Source: an uncultured bacterium
GTDB lineage: Bacteria > Krumholzibacteriota > Krumholzibacteriia > LZORAL124-64-63
Length of the DNA stretch: 64,000 nucleotides
Direction of reading: 5' to 3'
NCBI GenBank assembly: GCA_963727525.1
Contig: CAVSGO010000007.1
Location: 1,312,001-1,376,000 of the forward strand
Shown here: in pieces, positions 1 to 7,538 of the stretch
How positions within the stretch are numbered: the first letter of the stretch is position 1
How the letters are laid out: every line of letters starts with the position of its first letter
The notes under the pieces: generated by a model
What the model was told of the DNA's origin: nothing
The model's database searches: none
The model's input: only the letters and a program-made list of their open reading frames with translations
Program-made: the position numbers and the translations under genes

Positions 1-182
1 GGGAAATCCGATCGTCGACCAGCGAAAAAGACTGCTTGACGCTTTCGGGCGCCAGCAGGGACGCTAGCCACTCCCACGACCGGTCAGTTGTATCGGTCAG
101 TATCCGCATGGGACTCGGCTCCCGTGTTCTGGACCCGCGGTGACGTGTGCATGATGGCACGCCCTGTGATTGACGCCAAGGA

Positions 183-227
183 GGAGTGATGACGCGTGGA
201 GTGATGACGCGTGGAGTGATGACGCGT
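183..227 (+). repeat. 15-bp tandem repeat x3 (GGAGTGATGACGCGT) overlapping the fadL RBS/start
   Basis: Three exact copies at 183-197, 198-212 and 213-227. They are in frame and encode the (V/M)MTRG repeats. Confidence 0.95.
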
Positions 228-1565
228 GGGTTCACGAAGCTCGCGCTAACCGCGCTCGCCCTGTCCCTCACCACCAGCGCCTGGGCCGGTGGCTTCAGCA
301 TCTACGAGGCAGGCGCGCGCGCCACGGGACTCGGCTGCGCCTTCACCGCAACGGCGGACGACGGGTCGGCCATGTTCTACAACATCGCCGGCATCAGCTT
401 CCTCCAGGGCAACCTGGTCGATCTCAGTCTCATGCCCATCGCGCCGCGGATCAAGTTCACCGGCGTGACTCCATCTTTCCCGAACGCCTCCGGCGAGACC
501 AAGCACGATCTCTACCTCTCACCTGGCTTCGGCGCTTCGCATCCGCTGAACGAGCACTGGACCGTGGGCCTGGGCTTCTACGCGCCGTTCGGCCTGGGCG
601 TGAAGTGGCAGGATCCCGAACGGTGGGTCGGCCGCTTCACGAGCTATGACGTGGAGTTGCAGACGTACCTCATCGTACCTGCCGTATCCTACCGGTTCAG
701 CGACAAGCTCGCCATCGGTGTGGGCGCGGACGTGTCGTGGCAGCACATCACGCTGAACCGCTACCAGGGCACCGAGTTCGGCGGCAACAACGAGTTGGTG
801 AACGTCATCGACGTGGCTCTCGAAGGTACGAGCGATCTGAACGTGGTGCCCTCGGTGGGCGTGATGGCCCGCCCGACGCCGAAGCTCTCGCTCGGCGCGA
901 TGTACCACCACGAGAAGACCCTGAAATACTCCGGTGGCACCGGCACCCTGACCAACGTGGCGCCGGACGCGCTGCGCGACGCCGTGGACGCTCAGATCGC
1001 GGCGCTCGGCGGCACGGACTACGCGTTGACCACCGAGATCGGCCTGCCCCACATGCTCAGCCTGGGCGCCGCCTACCAGGTGCACCCGCGCGCGCGCATC
1101 GAGGTGGACGCCGTGCACTTCTCGTGGTCGAACTTCGCCGAGCTGCCGATCACCTTCTTCCCCGACGTGACGGGCCAGCTCAGCACCGTGGTACCGGAGA
1201 AGTACAAGGACGTGTGGCAGATCCGCGCGGGCGCCCAGCTCGACCTGGCACCCGGCTGGCAAGGCCTGCTCGGCTACGTGCGCGATAACACGCCGCAGCC
1301 GAAGGCCAGCATGAGCCCGCTGCTGCCGGACGCCGATCGCAACGACTGGTCGCTCGGCGTGCAGCATCGCCGTGGCGCCTGGACCTACACCGCCAGCGCG
1401 ATGTTCGTGGTCAACCAGGAGCGCGACAACCTGGTGAACGGCCAGGTCGCCCTCTTCCCCGAGGAAGCCGCCGATCCTGACGAGATTGCCCGCAAGCAAC
1501 TCGAGGCCGGATCGTACACCGCGCTCACCACAGTCCTCGCCTTTGGCGTGGGCTACCAGTTCTAG
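189..1565 (+). CDS. fadL: OmpP1/FadL/TodX-family outer-membrane long-chain fatty acid/hydrophobic compound channel
   Basis: Signal peptide ending AWA followed by GGFSIYEAGARATG, an ADDGSAMFYN hatch motif, YAPFGL, and a C-terminal aromatic strand (GVGYQF). Start is uncertain (186/189/204/219) because of the repeat. Confidence 0.88.
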   Translation: MTRGVMTRGVMTRGFTKLALTALALSLTTSAWAGGFSIYEAGARATGLGCAFTATADDGSAMFYNIAGISFLQGNLVDLSLMPIAPRIKFTGVTPSFPNASGETKHDLYLSPGFGASHPLNEHWTVGLGFYAPFGLGVKWQDPERWVGRFTSYDVELQTYLIVPAVSYRFSDKLAIGVGADVSWQHITLNRYQGTEFGGNNELVNVIDVALEGTSDLNVVPSVGVMARPTPKLSLGAMYHHEKTLKYSGGTGTLTNVAPDALRDAVDAQIAALGGTDYALTTEIGLPHMLSLGAAYQVHPRARIEVDAVHFSWSNFAELPITFFPDVTGQLSTVVPEKYKDVWQIRAGAQLDLAPGWQGLLGYVRDNTPQPKASMSPLLPDADRNDWSLGVQHRRGAWTYTASAMFVVNQERDNLVNGQVALFPEEAADPDEIARKQLEAGSYTALTTVLAFGVGYQF

Positions 1566-1574
1566 GGAGGTGCC

Positions 1575-2993
1575 GTGATGACTCTCGTGCGAACCACCAT
1601 CGTCGGCGCCGCCATCGCGGGGCTACTCGCCGCCGGCTGCAGCCCCAGCGATCCACAGCAGCTCACCCTACAGGTCGACCAGCCCACAGGATCCGGCGTG
1701 CTGGCCAACTACGTCGCGATTGGCGATGGCCTGATGGCGGGCTTCATGGACGGCGGCCTCATCGCCACCGCGACCGCCCCGAGCAACGGCCAGTTCGCCA
1801 GCGTACCGTTCCAGATCGCCGGCAAGCTCGGCTACACCGGCACGGGCGGCAGCCATCCGTTCTATCAGCCCCTCGTGGGCACGCCAGGGCTCGGCAGCGC
1901 CGACACGGGCGATCCTGCGGTCGTGGCGGGAGTGCTCTATTTCGACACCGTCTCCCAGGAGATCACCCTGCGCGGCACCACGCCGCGCGACCAGGTGCCG
2001 TCGCTGCTCCTGGCGTCGGCCGTGCCGGTGCCCTACAACAACCTGGGCGTGCCGGGAGCCGTGCTGCTCGACGTCAGCCAGGCGCTTGACAGCATGACCA
2101 GCGCGGTGCCCGACAACAGCTTCTTCGACGTGGTCTTGCGAAATCCGACCTTCGGCGACGTGACCATGCGCGGTCAGGCCGCGGCCCGGGGCCCGACGCT
2201 CGTCACGGTGTGGATCGGCGAGGGCGATGCGATCAATGGGGCCCGGACCGGCTCCCCGGTACTGGGCACCAACGTGACGCCGGGGCCAGCCTTCAGCGCA
2301 CTGCTCACGCAGCTCGTGAACGACTTGCAGGCACTGGTGAACACGAGGTACGGCTACGACCCGACGATCATCGTCGCCACGGTGCCACCGCTGGAGCTGC
2401 TGCCCTACTTCGTACCGAAGGCCGTTTTCGACACGGTCGTGGGCGCCACGATCCCGACCGCGGAGACCGGCGTGACCTACGTGCTCTTCCCGACGCTGGC
2501 TGACGTCCAGGATCCGGGATTTACACCTCCGATCCCGGCCACCAGCACGCTGACGGCGAGCGAGGCCGCCGTGGTCAGCGGCGCACTCGCCGACTACAAC
2601 ACGGCGATCATGGGTCTCGACGCCCTACCGGGCGTGACCGTGGTGGACGTGGCGGCCCTCCTGGGGGCGCAGGCCCAGGCGAATCCGGCCACGGTCACCC
2701 ATTTTCTGTTCCTGCTCGGCCAGGGCGCGACCGTATCGCAGGCGGCGGCCGCCACGCTGTTCTCGCTCGACGGTCTGCACCTCAACAGCCATGGCTACAG
2801 TCTGGTCGCGAACGCCTTCATCGATGCGATCAACGCCGAGCTGGCGTTGACCGGCGCCGATGTCATTGCGCACGTGGATCCCGCGCTGTCCTGGGACCCC
2901 ACGTATGCCGTGGGCGGATCGCCGGCCGCTGCCGGCGCCGCGCCCCGGCTCTCGGCGGCGGCCGCGGCCGCATTGCGCGGTATGCAGCGCTGA
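1575..2993 (+). CDS. SGNH/GDSL-fold lipoprotein, apparently lacking the catalytic Ser
   Basis: Lipobox LAAGC; block I YVAIGDGL; YNNLGVPGA; block III WIGEGD; block V FSLDGLH. Lies directly downstream of fadL with GGAGG RBS. Confidence 0.8.
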   Translation: MMTLVRTTIVGAAIAGLLAAGCSPSDPQQLTLQVDQPTGSGVLANYVAIGDGLMAGFMDGGLIATATAPSNGQFASVPFQIAGKLGYTGTGGSHPFYQPLVGTPGLGSADTGDPAVVAGVLYFDTVSQEITLRGTTPRDQVPSLLLASAVPVPYNNLGVPGAVLLDVSQALDSMTSAVPDNSFFDVVLRNPTFGDVTMRGQAAARGPTLVTVWIGEGDAINGARTGSPVLGTNVTPGPAFSALLTQLVNDLQALVNTRYGYDPTIIVATVPPLELLPYFVPKAVFDTVVGATIPTAETGVTYVLFPTLADVQDPGFTPPIPATSTLTASEAAVVSGALADYNTAIMGLDALPGVTVVDVAALLGAQAQANPATVTHFLFLLGQGATVSQAAAATLFSLDGLHLNSHGYSLVANAFIDAINAELALTGADVIAHVDPALSWDPTYAVGGSPAAAGAAPRLSAAAAAALRGMQR

Positions 2994-3016
2994 TCTGGCA
3001 CAGAAATGCGCACACG

Positions 3017-3050
3017 GGCGGGGGAGCCGCAGCTCCCCCGCCTTGCTTTG
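3017..3050 (+). terminator. Rho-independent terminator after the fadL-SGNH pair
   Basis: 11-bp stem GGCGGGGGAGC/GCTCCCCCGCC with a CGCA loop, followed by TTGCTTTG. Confidence 0.7.
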
Positions 3051-3140
3051 GAACCCAAAGGGTGTTTTCATCTGCGGGTGCCTACGCGACCGTCTGCGGG
3101 CCGCAGATCACCGGAATTGATGTTTCGAGGGGAGTGCTCG

Positions 3141-4112
3141 GTGTCGCCATATCGCCGTCGTAGTCGTCTGGAGGATTGGGGGGCCCAGTTCGGCATGGGT
3201 CCAGCCGTGACGCTGCTGGTCACGCTCAACGTGGTCATCTTCATCTTTCAGATGCTCACCAATACCGCGCGGGGATTCGGCGGCATGGGCGGCCCGACGA
3301 TGGAGTGGTTCTCCTTCGTGCCGTACTTCGCCATCGAGAGGGTGCAACTCTGGCGGTTCGTCACCTACATGTTCCTGCACGGCGGCTTCTGGCACGTCGC
3401 CCTGAACATGTTCGTGCTCTGGATGTTCGGACCGCGTATCGAGGAGATCTGGGGCAAGCGCATCTTCTTGATCTACTACTTCGTGTGTGGCATCGGCGCC
3501 GCGCTCACGTACGGCATGTTCTCACTCGTGGGCATGAAGGCGCTCACCCCCATGGTCGGCGCGTCGGGGGCCATCTACGGCCTGCTGCTCGCCTACGGCG
3601 TGACCTACCCCGATTCGCTCATCTACATCTTCTTCGTCATCCCGCTGCGCGCGAAGTACGCGGTGATCGTGTTCGGACTGATCGAGTTGATGTCGGTGCC
3701 CGGCGGTGGTCATACGGCGCACCTGGCCCACCTGGGCGGAATGCTCTTCGGCTGGCTCTTCCTGCTGTGGTCCACCGGCGGGCGCCTCGGACGCATCCCG
3801 CGCGTGCCGCGCCCGGGCGGCAGCGTTGGTGGCGCCAGCAGCAAGCGCGGGGGCGATCCCTGGAACAACCGCGGTGGTAGCGGCAGCGGTGGTCTGACCG
3901 GGGCCTTCCGCCGCTGGCGGACCCGAGCGCGCATCAAGGTCGTGGACAGCCGCCGCACCCGCGGGGGCGACGCCGGCTCCGGAAACGGCGGCCTGAACCG
4001 CGATGACCAGGCCCGCATCGACCAGATCCTCGAGAAGATCTCGCGCGAGGGGCTCGCCAGCCTCACACCGGAGGAGCAGGATATCCTGCGCCGCGCCAGC
4101 AAGAAGGACTGA
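3141..4112 (+). CDS. Rhomboid intramembrane serine protease with C-terminal DUF6576-like helical tail
   Basis: WRFVTYMFLH, HVALNM, catalytic GASG, AHLGG; tail IDQILEKISREGLASLT. GTG start after GAGGGGAG. Confidence 0.9.
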   Translation: MSPYRRRSRLEDWGAQFGMGPAVTLLVTLNVVIFIFQMLTNTARGFGGMGGPTMEWFSFVPYFAIERVQLWRFVTYMFLHGGFWHVALNMFVLWMFGPRIEEIWGKRIFLIYYFVCGIGAALTYGMFSLVGMKALTPMVGASGAIYGLLLAYGVTYPDSLIYIFFVIPLRAKYAVIVFGLIELMSVPGGGHTAHLAHLGGMLFGWLFLLWSTGGRLGRIPRVPRPGGSVGGASSKRGGDPWNNRGGSGSGGLTGAFRRWRTRARIKVVDSRRTRGGDAGSGNGGLNRDDQARIDQILEKISREGLASLTPEEQDILRRASKKD

Positions 4113-4113
4113 T

Positions 4114-4872
4114 ATGGCGATTCGGCCTCGCGAATTAGCGCTCCGTATCTTGATGCATTGCGGCCTGTACCCCCACGTCGCGTTCACCTACAGCCCGTTC
4201 AAGATCGTCGAGTTCGAGGAGTTGCTGGCGCCTATCCACTGGCGGGGCGACGAGCGCGTGCTCGACATTGGCTGCGGCGCCGGACTGCAGACCATGCTGA
4301 TCGCCCGGCACGCCGGTCACACCACGGGACTCGACATCGAGTCAGCGTTCATCGCCGACGCTCGGCGCCGTGCCTCCCACGCACGCATTCGCGGGACGAT
4401 CGACTTCGACGATCGCCATCTGCACATGATCCAGTATCCGGACGCCACCTTCGATCACATCTTCAGCGTCTGCGTGCTCGAGCACATTCCGGAACACGAG
4501 GACATCCTCCGCGAGTGTCTGCGGATCCTCAAACCGGGTGGGCAGATCCACTTCTCCGTCGATTCTCTCGAACCCATCACGGCTCCCGCGCTCGTTGCGT
4601 CGCACACGGCCCAGCACAAGGTCGTCCACTATTACCGGCCCGATGAACTCCGGCACACCCTCGAGAGTATCGGGTTCGGCGGCGTCTCGGTGCATCCGAT
4701 CTTCCGCAGTGCCTTCGCGAAACGCTACTTCGAGGAGGGGATCCGCCGCGGTTTCAATTTCGGACGCATCCGCGCCAGTGTGCTCGCATCATCGCTCCGC
4801 AAGGCCGAGGCGAAGCCCGATGTATCCGGTCCCGGTATCTTCCTGCTCGCGCGTGCGCGCCGGATTCCATGA
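4114..4872 (+). CDS. Class I SAM-dependent methyltransferase
   Basis: VLDIGCGAG motif I, FDHIFSVCVLEHI and LRILKPGG. ATG lies 1 nt after the rhomboid stop. Confidence 0.88.
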   Translation: MAIRPRELALRILMHCGLYPHVAFTYSPFKIVEFEELLAPIHWRGDERVLDIGCGAGLQTMLIARHAGHTTGLDIESAFIADARRRASHARIRGTIDFDDRHLHMIQYPDATFDHIFSVCVLEHIPEHEDILRECLRILKPGGQIHFSVDSLEPITAPALVASHTAQHKVVHYYRPDELRHTLESIGFGGVSVHPIFRSAFAKRYFEEGIRRGFNFGRIRASVLASSLRKAEAKPDVSGPGIFLLARARRIP

Positions 4873-4935
4873 TTGACGTTTGTCGGGTAGCGTCAAAGCG
4901 CTATTCGAGTAACATTGCTGATCAGGCACCGAGGG

Positions 4936-4968
4936 AACTCCCTCCTCCCGCGGCGAGGAGGGAGTTTG
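4936..4968 (+). terminator. Stem-loop (terminator-like) between the methyltransferase and GT2 genes
   Basis: 12-bp stem AACTCCCTCCTC/GAGGAGGGAGTT with a 7-nt loop. The U tail is short. Confidence 0.5.
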
Positions 4969-4987
4969 GCTCGTCCATCGGGGTGGT

Positions 4988-5998
4988 ATGACGGTCGTGG
5001 ATCTGAGCATCGTTATCGTGAGCTGGAACACGCAGGCCTTGCTCCGCGCCTGTCTCGCGAGCCTCCCCAAGGCTGTGGCGCCGCTACGATACGAGGTCCT
5101 CGTCGTCGACAATGGTTCGCGGGACGCAACGCCGGCGATGCTGCGGCATGATTTCCCCTCGGTGACGCTCATCGAGGCCGGTGAGAATCTCGGGTTTGCG
5201 CGGGCCAATAACCGGGCCTTCCGCGTGGCCTCGGGTCGCTACATCCTCATGCTCAACCCCGATACCGTGTGTCCGCCGGGATCGCTCGCGGCACTCGTGG
5301 ATCACGCCGATCGGCATCCAGGCCACGGCGGCTACGGACCGCTACTGATCGACGCCGAGGGGCGACCGACGATCACCTACGGTCACTTCCCCTCGGCCCG
5401 TTATCATTGGATCTGGCCCCTGGGCCTCTTGACGATCGGCCCCAGGTGGGCGCGTCTGACCCAGTTCGTGTACGTACCGCGGCGAGGCGAGCACGACCGG
5501 ACGGTGCCTTACGTCGCCGGTGCCTGCATGCTGATCCCGCGCGACATGCTGGCGACCGTGGGCGACCTCGACGAGCAATTCTTCCTGTATTTCGAGGAGA
5601 CGGACTGGTGCCGTCGCGCGTGGGAGCGCAACCTCCCGATCCGTCTCTGCATGGCGTCGGAGGTCGTGCATCTCGAGGGGCAAGCGGCGCTGCAGGCGTC
5701 CGCGTTCAGCGTCCGCCAGTTCCACCACTCGCTGCGTCTCTATGCCCGCAAACACCACGGACGGCTCGCCGTCTGGAATTTCCGGGCCGCTCTCTTCTGG
5801 GAATACGCCGGCAAGGCAGCGCTGCGCGTGCTGCTGCCGACCGATCGCGTGCGGAATCGTGCGCGCGCGCGGCGTTTCTGGTCGATCGCCCTGCTGCAGT
5901 TGCACACGGATATCGCACCGGCCCCCCCGCTCGCGTCGACGACTAGTGCCGGCGTCGCCCCTCGTTGCTGCGCGCGCGGCGCTCGAACTCGGCGATGA
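4988..5998 (+). CDS. Glycosyltransferase family 2 (WbbL/rhamnosyltransferase-like)
   Basis: LSIVIVSWN, VVDNGSRD, NLGFARANN, LNPD, GACML and FFLYFEETDWC motifs. Confidence 0.9.
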   Translation: MTVVDLSIVIVSWNTQALLRACLASLPKAVAPLRYEVLVVDNGSRDATPAMLRHDFPSVTLIEAGENLGFARANNRAFRVASGRYILMLNPDTVCPPGSLAALVDHADRHPGHGGYGPLLIDAEGRPTITYGHFPSARYHWIWPLGLLTIGPRWARLTQFVYVPRRGEHDRTVPYVAGACMLIPRDMLATVGDLDEQFFLYFEETDWCRRAWERNLPIRLCMASEVVHLEGQAALQASAFSVRQFHHSLRLYARKHHGRLAVWNFRAALFWEYAGKAALRVLLPTDRVRNRARARRFWSIALLQLHTDIAPAPPLASTTSAGVAPRCCARGARTRR

Positions 5999-7517
5999 GG
6001 TCCTTCTCGGTGTCCAGGCTGATGACCCGGAAATCTTCGACGTGCAGGGCGGCGTCATCGAGCACCGTGATCTCGAGGTCGAACACGCGGCACATCTCAC
6101 GGAACTGCTCGGGGCGCTCCTCGAGCAGGTGCAGCGCGAGGAGCGGGTTGGCCTGGATCTGCAGGCGCTTCTCGCGCGTGACGATCGCGATCCGGTGCAT
6201 GAGCCGCTCGATGCGATTGCCCAGCGTCTCCAGCGAGAGCACCTTGCCCGTGCCGGTGCAATACGGGCAGGGGTCGCTGAGCTGGCTGAGCAGCGACGGC
6301 CGCACGCGCTGACGACTCATCTCCACGAGGCCGAGGCCACTGATCTGGAAGACCTTGGTGCGGGCCCGGTCGCGCTTGAGGTTGTTGCGGATCTCCTGCA
6401 GCACGCGGCGCTTGTTTGCCTCGTTCTCCATGTCGATGAAGTCGATCACGATGATGCCGCCGATATCGCGCAGGCGGAGCTGCCGCGTGACCTCGCGTGC
6501 CGCCAGCAGGTTCGTCTGCAGGATCGTCTCTTCCTGGTTGCGCTTGCCGGTGAAGCGGCCGGTGTTGACGTCGACGGAAACGAGCGCCTCGGTGGGCTCG
6601 ATGATCAGATAGCCACCCTTCTTGAGCCAGACCCGCTTGTCGAGCGACTTCTTGATCTCCGCCTCGATCTCGTATTGATCGAAGATCGGCAGGTCACCGC
6701 GGTAGAGGCGGATGCGCTCGCGCAGCTCCGGTGCGAAGATCTTGGCGTAGTTGACCAGGCGCTTGTGATCGTCAGCGTCGTCGATGATCAGTTCCTGCAC
6801 GTCTTCCTTGAAGATGTCGCGGATCAGGGCGACAACGAGGCCCACGTCCTCGTGCACGAGTGACGGCGCCGGCACCTCCTTGGCCACCGTCTCGCTGATC
6901 TGCGCGGCGAGATCGCTGAGATAGCGCACGTCGTTGGCGATGGCTTCCTCGCTGGCCGACTCGGCGGCCGTGCGGATGATGAAGGCGCCCTTGTCGGGGC
7001 GGTTCTTCTGCAGGAGCTGCTTCAGACGCACGCGCTCGCGACGGTCGGCGATCTTGCGCGACACGCCGATGTGGCGCCCCTTGGGCATCATCACCAAATA
7101 GCGACCGGGCAGACTGATGTCCGCCGTCAGGCGCGGCCCCTTGGTGCTGATCGGCTCCTTGGTCACCTGCACGATGATCTCGTCGCCCACCTTCAGCATG
7201 GTGCCAATGTCGGGGATGGGATCGTGGCGGCCGCGGCGTCCCGGCGCCGTCGGTTCCTCGTCGTCGTCCTCCACGTCGCCGAGGTTGCCGGCGTGCTGGA
7301 TATCCGACGCATGCAGGAAGCCGGCTTTCTCCAGACCGATCTCGATGAAGGCCGCCTGCAGGCCAGGTTTGACGGAGCTGACCTTGCCCTTGTAGAGATT
7401 GCCCACGATGCGGCGGGAATCGGCTCGTTCGACGAGTAGCTCGACGGGCTCGCCGTCCTCCTGGATCGCCACCCGCACCTCGTGGGGCGACGAGTTGATG
7501 ATGATATCCTTGCGCAT
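5943..7517 (-). CDS. rng: Ribonuclease G/E family (Rne/Rng)
   Basis: S1 domain (GNLYKGKV...AAFIEIG...GFLH), VDVNTG, LRLRDIGGIIVIDFIDM and Zn-link CPYC. No long RNase E C-terminal tail. Confidence 0.93.
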   Translation of the reverse strand: MRKDIIINSSPHEVRVAIQEDGEPVELLVERADSRRIVGNLYKGKVSSVKPGLQAAFIEIGLEKAGFLHASDIQHAGNLGDVEDDDEEPTAPGRRGRHDPIPDIGTMLKVGDEIIVQVTKEPISTKGPRLTADISLPGRYLVMMPKGRHIGVSRKIADRRERVRLKQLLQKNRPDKGAFIIRTAAESASEEAIANDVRYLSDLAAQISETVAKEVPAPSLVHEDVGLVVALIRDIFKEDVQELIIDDADDHKRLVNYAKIFAPELRERIRLYRGDLPIFDQYEIEAEIKKSLDKRVWLKKGGYLIIEPTEALVSVDVNTGRFTGKRNQEETILQTNLLAAREVTRQLRLRDIGGIIVIDFIDMENEANKRRVLQEIRNNLKRDRARTKVFQISGLGLVEMSRQRVRPSLLSQLSDPCPYCTGTGKVLSLETLGNRIERLMHRIAIVTREKRLQIQANPLLALHLLEERPEQFREMCRVFDLEITVLDDAALHVEDFRVISLDTEKDLIAEFERRARSNEGRRRH

Positions 7518-7538
7518 GATTCCTTTCAGGCGCGAACG

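Noticed and set aside
2996-3010. Sigma54 promoter (TGGCAC...TGC)
   Set aside because: The GG-to-GC spacing is 9 nt rather than 10, and the site lies upstream of a terminator.
4880-4895. ops/JUMPstart element before GT2
   Set aside because: CGGGTAGCGT is only a partial match to GGCGGTAGCGT, and only one gene follows.
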